Positions 40,958 through 49,347 of a DNA stretch of 64,000 nt are shown one piece after another. Both the position numbers and the translations under genes were made by a program. The notes below the pieces were generated by a model. It was not told the DNA's origin and did no database searches. It worked only from the letters and a program-made list of their open reading frames with translations. The DNA lies in the NCBI GenBank assembly GCA_963741955.1, contig CAVUKB010000009.1:1-64000 (forward strand). Reading direction: 5' to 3'. The stretch is from an uncultured Acidobacteriota bacterium (lineage in GTDB: Bacteria; Acidobacteriota; Thermoanaerobaculia; Gp7-AA8). The first letter of the stretch is position 1; every line of letters starts with the position of its first letter.

Positions 40958-41512
40958 ATGAAGAGAGTCACGCTCATGCTTTTCTTTCTGCTGATGCCAC
41001 TGGGTGCGTTTGCGCAGGCGCCCTCGGTGAAGATTGGCGGAGAGGAGATCGTGCCGAAGGGACTGATCTTCGGCGATGCGGACCCGAAGAGCCGGGTGAC
41101 GGCCGAGGGGAAGCTGGCGGACGGATGTGGGTGGACGCTCACGGTCGAGACGCGCTTCGCAGCAAAGGAGCTCGAGAAACGCTGCGTACTCGACTACCGG
41201 AAGACGACGGTGGTTCTCACGAGAAAATGCCGCAAGCCCGCACAACCAGAGCCGACGCAGTCTGAACGGGTCACTACGGCGCCGAAGAGCCGCTGTCCGG
41301 ACGAGAACGGAGACGTTCCGGAACCGGATCTGGAAACGAAGCCGGTCAGCTCCGGACGGACCCCGGACGGGAAATATCAGACAATCGTCGTTCAGCCGGA
41401 CGGCTCACGCCTGACGCTCTCGTCGGACGGCGATCTCGTCCAGGTGACGGTGCGCTACCCCGATGCGACCGGGGATGTGCTGAGGATCAGCGCGGCGAAA
41501 GAGAAGAAGTAA
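40958..41512 (+). CDS. Secreted hypothetical protein
   Basis: ATG after GGGGGAG; signal peptide MKRVTLMLFFLLMPLGAFA; no recognised domain. Confidence 0.7.
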   Translation: MKRVTLMLFFLLMPLGAFAQAPSVKIGGEEIVPKGLIFGDADPKSRVTAEGKLADGCGWTLTVETRFAAKELEKRCVLDYRKTTVVLTRKCRKPAQPEPTQSERVTTAPKSRCPDENGDVPEPDLETKPVSSGRTPDGKYQTIVVQPDGSRLTLSSDGDLVQVTVRYPDATGDVLRISAAKEKK

Positions 41513-41600
41513 GTCTGTCTGTTCTTTCACGTCCGCGCGTTTGTTCGCGGCCACGAGATGTCGCTCTCCGGGTTCACCTCGTGGCGATCTGCGGAAGGGC

Positions 41601-43589
41601 TCAGGTCGGAGATTCGGTGGCGTGAAGGCGTGCGACGCCCGAAATGGGATTCAGCGCGGGCGTGAGTCGTGGTGCCTTCACGTCGCGGTACTGGTCCGAG
41701 ACTGAATACTCGGGGATCAGATCGACGAGAGCGGCGACCGCGTCTCGATTCTTCACTGCCGATCCGGAGTCGAATCTTCGCATCCAATGCGTGACCACCA
41801 TGGTGTCGGGCTGAGGCGCCTCGGTCACCACGATCTGCGGATGTTGTGTGGGGTGATTTCGTTCGCCCTGGAGCCGGACCTCCTCGAAGAGCTTCTCGCC
41901 GGGACGGAGGCCGGTGAAGACGATCTCGATCTCGTCCGGCTCGTGGTTCGAGAGCTCGATCAGATCGCGGGCGAGGTCGGCGATCTTCACCGGTTCGCCC
42001 ATGTCGAGCATGAAGACGTTCCCTCCGTTGCTCAAGGTCGCCGCCTGCAGGACGAGTGAAACCGCCTCGGAAGTGCGGAGGAAATAGCGGGTCACTTCCG
42101 GATGAGTGACGGTGACCGGTCCGCCTTCGGCGATCTGCTCGAGGAAGAGTGGAATCACGCTGCCCGACGAGCCGAGGACGTTCCCGAAGCGGACTGCCGA
42201 GATCTTCATCCGGCTTCGCGCGGCGAAGTCCATCAGGGCGATCTCGCCGGCGCGCTTGCTCGCGCCCATCACACTGGTGGGATTGATCGCTTTGTCGGTG
42301 CTGATGAAGACGAAGCGCTCGACGCCGTGGGCCTCGCAGATCTCCGCGACGCGCCGTGTGGCGAGGCAGTTGTTCAGAACGTATTCGGTCGGGTTCTCCT
42401 CGCCGAGAGGTACGTGTTTGTGTGCAGCTGCGTGGAGAACGATCTCGGGGCGGACGTTCTCGATGACGTTGTTCAGGGATGCCGAGTTGCGGATGTCCAC
42501 GAGATGGCGGGAGGTGCGTTCTGCGAGCCGCCCGTGCTCTTTCGACAGGCGTCGTCCGCTCTGATAGAGGGCGTACTCCGAACGCTCCACCAGCGCAACG
42601 TGTGCCGGCTCGAACGCGAGGATCTGCGTTGCGAGCTCCGATCCGATCGTTCCTCCCGCTCCGGTGACCATGACGCGCTTTCCTTTGAAGAGAGCGCGCA
42701 CGGGGTCACCGGGGAGGACGATCTCCTCACGGCGGAGGAGGTCATCGATGTTCACCGGCCGAAGCTGCGAGACCTGCACCTTTCCGCTGACCAGCTGGTC
42801 GACGCCCGGAATGGTCCGGAAATCGAGATCGGCCTCGGAGAGATATTGAATGATCTCTCGCATGCGCTTGCCGCTCGCGCTGGGAATTGCGATCAGCGCT
42901 TCCGTGGCGCGACATTCTTCGCCGATGGTCGCGATACTGCTGATCGGTCCGCGCACCCGGATTCCCCGAATGTAGGAGCCGCATTTGCCTTCGTGATCGT
43001 CGACGAAGCCGACCACCTTCATCCCCATCTGAGGACGGTGCTCGATCTCACGGGCGAGAGCCTCGCCGGCGTCGCCGGCGCCGATGATCATGACGCGCTT
43101 GACGTCTCCGCTCCGATATTCGTTGCGCATCCGATCGCGGGCAATCCGCACCAGGACGCGTACGCCGAAGAGGGCGAGGATGGCGAACGCCCAGTCGATC
43201 ACGAGAACCCCGCGAGATATCCCGGTGACGGAAAGACGGTCTCCCATCGGAAGGATGTACCAGGCGGAGATGAGAAGGCCGAGCGAGATCGTCATTCCGC
43301 CGACCATGCGGAGAATCTCGCTCATCCCGACGTAGCGCCACCAACCGCGGTAGAAGCCGAATCCAACGCCGACGAGAAGCTGCAATCCGACGACGAAGGG
43401 AAGACTGGAATGAAAGAGACGCTCGATCTGGTCAGGCCCCAGGCGGAAATCGAAACGCAGCATCGTCGCGAAGACGTAGGCAATGGTGAAGACCGCTGCG
43501 TGAAACCCGAACAATATGAACACACGCGCGCGGGTGGCGACACTCGTCACCGCGCGATCGATGTTCCGAACCAGGGCCGTTACGGACAT
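41601..43589 (-). CDS. Membrane-bound UDP-GlcNAc 4,6-dehydratase (PglF/CapD/WbpM)
   Basis: 4 TM N-terminus; IIGAGDAG; VTGAGGTIGSEL; STDKAINPTSVMGASKR; RFGNVLGSSGSV; GLRPGEKL. Confidence 0.93.
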   Translation of the reverse strand: MSVTALVRNIDRAVTSVATRARVFILFGFHAAVFTIAYVFATMLRFDFRLGPDQIERLFHSSLPFVVGLQLLVGVGFGFYRGWWRYVGMSEILRMVGGMTISLGLLISAWYILPMGDRLSVTGISRGVLVIDWAFAILALFGVRVLVRIARDRMRNEYRSGDVKRVMIIGAGDAGEALAREIEHRPQMGMKVVGFVDDHEGKCGSYIRGIRVRGPISSIATIGEECRATEALIAIPSASGKRMREIIQYLSEADLDFRTIPGVDQLVSGKVQVSQLRPVNIDDLLRREEIVLPGDPVRALFKGKRVMVTGAGGTIGSELATQILAFEPAHVALVERSEYALYQSGRRLSKEHGRLAERTSRHLVDIRNSASLNNVIENVRPEIVLHAAAHKHVPLGEENPTEYVLNNCLATRRVAEICEAHGVERFVFISTDKAINPTSVMGASKRAGEIALMDFAARSRMKISAVRFGNVLGSSGSVIPLFLEQIAEGGPVTVTHPEVTRYFLRTSEAVSLVLQAATLSNGGNVFMLDMGEPVKIADLARDLIELSNHEPDEIEIVFTGLRPGEKLFEEVRLQGERNHPTQHPQIVVTEAPQPDTMVVTHWMRRFDSGSAVKNRDAVAALVDLIPEYSVSDQYRDVKAPRLTPALNPISGVARLHATESPT

Positions 43590-43870
43590 CCGATCTGTCT
43601 CCCAACCAACTTTGCACCCGGAGGTCCGGTGCACTCCCGGCGAGCGACGTCCGGTTCTCGAGCCTCGCGTTGACCGATAGCGGGCGGAACCATTGCTCAC
43701 GGAAGGACTTACTTTAACACGAAGGTCCTATGTCGCGGTGGCTGATTCTCGTGACTGGAGACCCTCACGCATGCTTATTAGCACATTGCGGTGAGTTTTG
43801 GAGTCCCCCGTTCGGGGAATATTCATTCATTTGCGGTGCTGTCGCGCAGAAGTGGAGGGTCGTGTGCGGG

Positions 43871-43993
43871 AGAAGCGAAGCTTGCATGGATGCTCCGCGC
43901 TCGGGCAAAGGCACGGTCTTCGTGGCAGGGAACGCGATCTTCGCGGCAGATCAGAGGATCTGCACCCCATACGAGGGTTGAAGCGGTGAAATG
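43871..43993. repeat. Solitary partial copy of the ~209-bp repeat unit
   Basis: AGAAGCGAAGCTTGCA...AAAGGCACGGTCTTCGTG...GCAGATCAGAGGATCTGCACCCCATACGAG matches the right part of units at 46.7-47.7 kb. Confidence 0.85.
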
Positions 43994-44059
43994 TTACTCC
44001 AGGTGGTGCGGACGAATGGCCCGCACCACTGTGCAAGCGATCTGATGCCGCGGGCAATC

Positions 44060-44521
44060 TCATTCCGCCGGGCCGGGCGGTTCGTACGGAGGAAGCGCCG
44101 GGGGAGTGGGAGGCTGGGTCGCAGGAGGTGCGGCCGGAGCCGTCGCGGTCGCCGGGAGTACTCCGCGATTCCGGAACAGGGCCTCGGTCTCATCGTTGAG
44201 CAGCACCCACATGGTGTAGATGCCGATCGCGGTTCCGACCGGGAGGTTGAAGAGGTCGAGCACGCCGAGGATCAGAACGAGGATCCGCGCCCAGGGGGCG
44301 TAGTTGAGGAGTCCGATGCCGCCGATGATGCTCGGCAGCGAGAGGATCAGTGCAACGATTCCGATCGCGAGCGCGCAGCCGGTGGTCACCGCCATGGCGT
44401 CGCGGTCGCCGCTGAGAAGACCGCCACCTGCGATCACCACGACGAAGAAGATCCCGGCGAGGAGCGCGAGCACTCCGAGCGCGATGTGGATGATTCCAAC
44501 GATGGTCACGTGAGTTTTCAT
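44060..44521 (-). CDS. Small 3-4 TM membrane protein with Pro-rich tail
   Basis: Hydrophobic helices; PWARIL...PVGTAIGIYTMWVL. Confidence 0.75.
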   Translation of the reverse strand: MKTHVTIVGIIHIALGVLALLAGIFFVVVIAGGGLLSGDRDAMAVTTGCALAIGIVALILSLPSIIGGIGLLNYAPWARILVLILGVLDLFNLPVGTAIGIYTMWVLLNDETEALFRNRGVLPATATAPAAPPATQPPTPPALPPYEPPGPAE

Positions 44522-44611
44522 GGTTGCTTCTTCCCGGGACGCTGCCTTCGTCGGCGCCGTCCCTTTAGTTGACTACGAAGATCGCGTCTGAATGTTGCGA
44601 CGAGGGGGACA

Positions 44612-45280
44612 GTGGGTTGGACCTCCGGTCCGATGCAGGGTGGACAGTGGGTTGGACCTCCGGTCCGATGCAGGGCGGCGTCCCGCGCCGCACTGCCCCG
44701 GGCAAGTTACGAAGATGGCCCCGAGTACAGAGACACGAACAGACCACATCGCGAGAGGAACGAGACGCGTTTCGTTCAGGACATCGCTCCCCGGCAGGAT
44801 GCCGGGGAGCCTCGCGCAGGATGCGCGACCCACAGATGCAAGGTGGAAAGTGGGTTGGACGTCTCGTCCGATGCAGGGCGGCGTCCCGCGCCGCACTGCC
44901 CCGCGCAAGTTACGAGGATCGTCCCGAGTCGAGAGAGACGAACAGACCACATCGCGGGAGGAACGGTACGCGTTTCGTTGAGGCCATCGCTCCCCGGCAG
45001 GATGCCGGGGAGCCTCGCGCAGGATGCGCGACCCACGGTGCGCGACCCACCGTGGGTTGGACGTCTCGTCCGATGCAGGGCGGCGTCCCGCGCCGCACTG
45101 CCCCGGGCAAGTTACGACAATGGCCCCGAGTACAGAGACACGAACAGACCACATCGCGGGAGGAACGGTACGCGTTTCGTTGAGGACATCGCTCCCCGGC
45201 AGGATGCCGGGGAGCCTCGCGCAGGATGCGCGACCCACGATGCGCGACCCACGGTGCGCGACCCACAGTGGGCGACCCAC
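44612..45280. repeat. Array of three ~203-bp multi-hairpin REP-doublet units plus terminal partial duplications
   Basis: Units start 44647, 44850, 45052 with GTGGGTTGGAC; end CGCGCAGGATGCGCGACCCAC; internal GCTCCCCGGCA-GGA-TGCCGGGGAGC. Confidence 0.92.
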
Positions 45281-45335
45281 TTCGCGCAAATCGCGCAAGT
45301 CAACACCCCACCCGCTCCATGCTAAGGTTGCGCAC

Positions 45336-46652
45336 ATGGATGAGAAGAAACGGGAATCCATCATCCGGCGATACGACGAGGGGCGGGAGCACTCGAAACG
45401 GCTTCTCGAGATGCTCACACCGGACGCGTACTACGAGCGGCCGATCTCGTTGCGCCATCCATTCGTTTTCTACGACGGGCATTTCGCCGCATTCAACTTC
45501 ATCACGCTGGTGCGCCGCGCGCTGAAGCGCCCTTCGATCGACGAGCGACTCGAGCGGCTGTTCGAGAGAGGGATCGATCCCGATTCCGGCTCGGCTGCCG
45601 ATGCGAGCTCGCCCGCGCAGTGGCCGGATCGGCGTGAGGTGCTCGCTTTCTGCGAAGAATCCGACGCGCAGGTACGGAGAGCTCTCGAGAACGACCGACT
45701 CTGTGATGCCGCAAATCCTCTGCTGGTCCGAGGCGAAGCGGTCTATACCATCCTCGAGCACGAGAGGATGCATCACGAGACGCTCCGCTACATGCTCCAC
45801 CAGCTGCCGTACGAGAAGAAGACGGAGGCGTTCCGCAGCGAGACGCCACGCAACGGCAACCCGCCTCTGCGCCAGCCGGTTGCGGTTCCGGGCGGAGTGG
45901 TGACGCTCGGCGCGGATCGCGACGAGATCGATTTCGGCTGGGACAACGAGTTCCCGCGTCTGCACGCCGAAGTCGAGCCCTTCGAGATCGACGAGCTGCC
46001 GGTGACGAACGCCGAAATGCTGGAGCTCGTGGAGAACGGTGCATACCGGAAACGCGAGCTGTGGGACGACGAAGCGTGGGAATGGATCCGCAGCGAAGGC
46101 ATCACACATCCGCCGTTCTGGCGGAAACGCGGCGAGCGGTGGATGTGGATCGGGATGCACGAGGAGATTCCGTTGCCGCAGTCGTGGCCGGTGTGGGCGA
46201 CACTCGCCGAAGCGCGCGCGTTCGCGAAGTGGAAGGGAAAGCGGCTGCCGACGGAAGCGGAATACCATCGAGCGGCATTCGGAACGCCGGGAGGAGTGGA
46301 GCGGCTTTATCCGTGGGGCGATGAGCCTCCCGACGAGACGCGCGGGAACTTCGACCTCCGGTACCACGAGCCGATGCCGGTCGGATCGCATCCGGCGGGG
46401 ACGAGCGCGTGGGGCGTGCAGGAGCTCGTCGGCAACGGATGGGAGTGGACGGAGACGGCGTTCGCCGGATTCCCCGGTTTTCGTTCGATGGCGTCGTACC
46501 CGCCGTACTCTTCGGACTTTTTCGACGGAAAGCACTTCGTGATCAAGGGCGCTTCACCGTCGACCTCGCGCCATCTGGTGCGGCGGAGCTTCAGAAACTG
46601 GTTCCGGCCGACGTACCCGTACGTGTATGCGAAGTTCAGGTGCGTGGGGTAG
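45336..46652 (+). CDS. EgtB/OvoA-family non-heme iron sulfoxide synthase (DinB-like + FGE-like domains)
   Basis: LRHPFVFYDGH; EHERMHHE iron-binding His motif; GWDNEFP; RLPTEAEY; GNGWEWT; RRSFRNWF. Confidence 0.85.
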   Translation: MDEKKRESIIRRYDEGREHSKRLLEMLTPDAYYERPISLRHPFVFYDGHFAAFNFITLVRRALKRPSIDERLERLFERGIDPDSGSAADASSPAQWPDRREVLAFCEESDAQVRRALENDRLCDAANPLLVRGEAVYTILEHERMHHETLRYMLHQLPYEKKTEAFRSETPRNGNPPLRQPVAVPGGVVTLGADRDEIDFGWDNEFPRLHAEVEPFEIDELPVTNAEMLELVENGAYRKRELWDDEAWEWIRSEGITHPPFWRKRGERWMWIGMHEEIPLPQSWPVWATLAEARAFAKWKGKRLPTEAEYHRAAFGTPGGVERLYPWGDEPPDETRGNFDLRYHEPMPVGSHPAGTSAWGVQELVGNGWEWTETAFAGFPGFRSMASYPPYSSDFFDGKHFVIKGASPSTSRHLVRRSFRNWFRPTYPYVYAKFRCVG

Positions 46653-46715
46653 AGATCGAGAGCTGGAGACGTTGTCGATCGAGCCGGGGTCGTGCCCGGA
46701 GATGATTCAACTCGG

Positions 46716-47727
46716 GTGGGGTGCGGTGCCTCCGATCCGCCGGACAGGTCAGGTTCGGAGCGGATCGAGAGGGATGGACGCGGCAGAAGCGAAGCTTGCA
46801 CCGACGCTCCGCGCTTCGTCAAAGGCACGGTCTTCGTGCGCATGGAACACGATTCTCGCGGCAGATCAGAGGATCTGCACCCCATACGAGGATCGACAGC
46901 GGTGAAATGCAGAGGGTCGGCCTTGTGGGGTGCGGATCCTCCGATCCGCCGGACAGCTCTGGTTCGGAGCGGATCGAGAGGAAGGATGCGGCAGAAGCGA
47001 AGCTTGCACCGACGCTCCGCGCTTCGTCAAAGGCACGGTCTTCATGCGCATGGAACACGATCCTCGCGGCAGATCAGAGGATCTGCACCCCATACGAGGA
47101 TCGGCAGCGGTGAAATGCAGAGGGTCGGCCTTGTGGGGTGCGGTGCCTCCGATCCGCCGGACAGGTCAGGTTCGGAGCGGATCGAGAGGGATGGACGCGG
47201 CAGAAGCGAAGCTCGCAGGGACGCTCCGCGCTCTGACAAAGGCACGGTCTTCGTGCGCATGGAACACGATTCTCGCGGCAGATCAGAGGATCTGCACCCC
47301 ATACGAGGATCGACAGCGGTGAAATGCAGAGGGTCGGCCTTGTGGGGTGCGGATCCTCCGATCCGCCGGACAGGTCTGGTTCGAAGCGTATCGAGAGGAG
47401 AGATGCGGCAAAAGCGAAGCTCGCACGGACGCTCCGCGCTCTGACAAAGGCACGGTCTTCGTGCGCATAGAACACGATCCTCGCGGCAGATCAGAGGATC
47501 TGCACCCCATACGAAGGTCGGCCGCGGTGAGATGCAGATGGTCGGCCTCGTGGGGTGCGGATCCTCCGATCCGCCAGACAGGTCTGGTTCGAAGCGTATC
47601 GAGAGGAGGGATGCGGCAAAAGCGAAGCTCGCACGGACGCTCCGCGCTCTGACAAGGCACGGTCTTCGTGCGCATGGAACACGATTCTCGCGGCAGATCA
47701 GAGGATCGGCACCCCATACGAGGATCG
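46716..47727. repeat. Five tandem ~209-bp REPIN-like units (inverted REP doublets)
   Basis: Starts 46716, 46925, 47133, 47342, 47550; GTGGGGTGCGGATCCTCCGATCCGCC ... GGCAGATCAGAGGATCTGCACCCCATAC. Confidence 0.93.
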
Positions 47728-47812
47728 GCTTCCATACGAGGATTCCATCGCGAGCCTCGCGCCCGCCTTTCTCCCATCATCTCCGCAGCAGAGATGGTGT
47801 GAGAAATCCGGG

Positions 47813-48202
47813 CTAGTCGCGTTTCGACCAGTCGCGCAGCAGCTCGGTGATGATCGGGAGATCCTCGGGGGGGAATCCGACCGCAGTCCCGAGAGCGATC
47901 CGCGGCGTCGGCTTCCAGTTCAACCCGGAGAAGTCGAGTGAGCGCATTTCGCGGCCGGTCGCATCACGGGGACGGACCCAGTAAGTCCACTGCGTCGACG
48001 CCTTCCCGCCGCCGAAAATCCTCTCGTAGAACGGGTCTCCCTCCGGGACATACCGAGCCACGGCGTTGAGCAGGAGGGTGAGATCTTCCGGCGAACGGAA
48101 TTCGACCACCACACGTCGAGTCGCCGAATCATAGTCGGCCCGGGTCACGTCCACGCCTGCGCCTTCGAGCGCCGAACGCAGAGTCGAGGTATCAATCTCC
48201 AC
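47813..48202 (-). CDS. Hypothetical protein
   Basis: GTG start after AGGAG; protein-like composition; no recognised motif. Confidence 0.6.
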   Translation of the reverse strand: MEIDTSTLRSALEGAGVDVTRADYDSATRRVVVEFRSPEDLTLLLNAVARYVPEGDPFYERIFGGGKASTQWTYWVRPRDATGREMRSLDFSGLNWKPTPRIALGTAVGFPPEDLPIITELLRDWSKRD

Positions 48203-48407
48203 CGCTCGCTCCTGACCCCCGAACGGAGGTCGGGACCATTGTGTCGGAAAAAGGCTCCCGAGGGAAGTGACGCCCTCCCCGGAGTCGCGTTCAACACCTG
48301 ACCCCGAACCTCCCCGCGATCGACTCGCCCGGTGACCCTCTCCGCTCCGGCGTCCCGCCCCGTCTCTTCCGGCTGAGCGATCGCGTTTCCGAGGTTAGAA
48401 TGCGTCC

Positions 48408-49343
48408 GTGTCGGACCACTCCATGATCACTCCCGGCTCGCTCGTTCTCACCGAGGGCTCCATCTACGAGCGGCTGAGACGCGACGAATCGATCGCGTTC
48501 GATCCGCAGCTCGCCCACGCTTCCCTCGTCTACGATGAACGAGCGAGGGAAAAGCTCGCGAACTTTCATCGGGAGTATCTGGCGATCGGCCTCGACAGAG
48601 GGCTTCCGATGATTGCGCTCGCCGATACGTGGCGCGCGAGTGGAGAGCGGATCGCGAGGTCGCGTTTCGCGGGACGTGATGTGAATGGCGACAACGTCCG
48701 TTTTCTGCGCGAGCTGGTCGCTGGAAGCGGCGGGGACGTCCGGGTCGCTGCGCTCCTCGGGCCGCGCGGCGATGCCTACCGCGCATCGGAGTCGCCGGGC
48801 TACGACGACGCACTTCGTCTCCATGCGCCGCAGGTCGAGGCGCTCGCCGCGGCGGCTCCTGATCTGATCATGGCGGCCACTCTCCCGTCGTCCATCGAGG
48901 CACGAGCGATGGCGATGCTTCTGTCGCAGTGCGGAGTCCCGTGGATCCTCAGTTTCGTGGTGCGGCAGGACGGTCGTCTGTTGGACGGCACCACCTTTCG
49001 TGACGCGATGGAGACGATCGAGTCTCGCGTGTCGTCGGAGCCCCTCGGGTTCGCGATCAACTGCGTCCATCCGCGGGTCGTGCGGAGTGCCTTCGAGGCC
49101 GATCCGACGTTGCCGGAGCGGATCGTCTGGTTCCAGGCGAACACGTCGGCGCGCTCACCCGAGGAGCTCGACGGACTCGATCACATCGAAGCGGACGAGC
49201 CGGAGGAGTACGCCAGGGAGCTCGTTTCGCTGCAGAGGGATTACGGGATTCCAGTCCTCGGTGGATGTTGCGGAGCCGGTTCGCGACACATGATCGCGGT
49301 TGCCGACGCGATGGTCGCGAATCGTGGCGCGGTTCGCATGTGA
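48408..49343 (+). CDS. Homocysteine S-methyltransferase family protein
   Basis: LGPRGDAY; INCVHP; ANTS; LGGCCG Zn-binding motif. Confidence 0.88.
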   Translation: MSDHSMITPGSLVLTEGSIYERLRRDESIAFDPQLAHASLVYDERAREKLANFHREYLAIGLDRGLPMIALADTWRASGERIARSRFAGRDVNGDNVRFLRELVAGSGGDVRVAALLGPRGDAYRASESPGYDDALRLHAPQVEALAAAAPDLIMAATLPSSIEARAMAMLLSQCGVPWILSFVVRQDGRLLDGTTFRDAMETIESRVSSEPLGFAINCVHPRVVRSAFEADPTLPERIVWFQANTSARSPEELDGLDHIEADEPEEYARELVSLQRDYGIPVLGGCCGAGSRHMIAVADAMVANRGAVRM

Positions 49344-49347
49344 ATGC

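Noticed and set aside
39722-41512. 596-aa transposase fusion protein
   Set aside because: Middle part is translated REP DNA; the 3' part has its own RBS and signal peptide; best explained by a frameshift near 40289.
44565-45418. Overlapping ORFs across the 203-bp repeats
   Set aside because: Unit lengths of 203/202 break frame; conservation is at hairpin level.
46692-47941. ORFs across the 209-bp repeats
   Set aside because: Periods of 209/208 shift frame between units; no protein-like signal.
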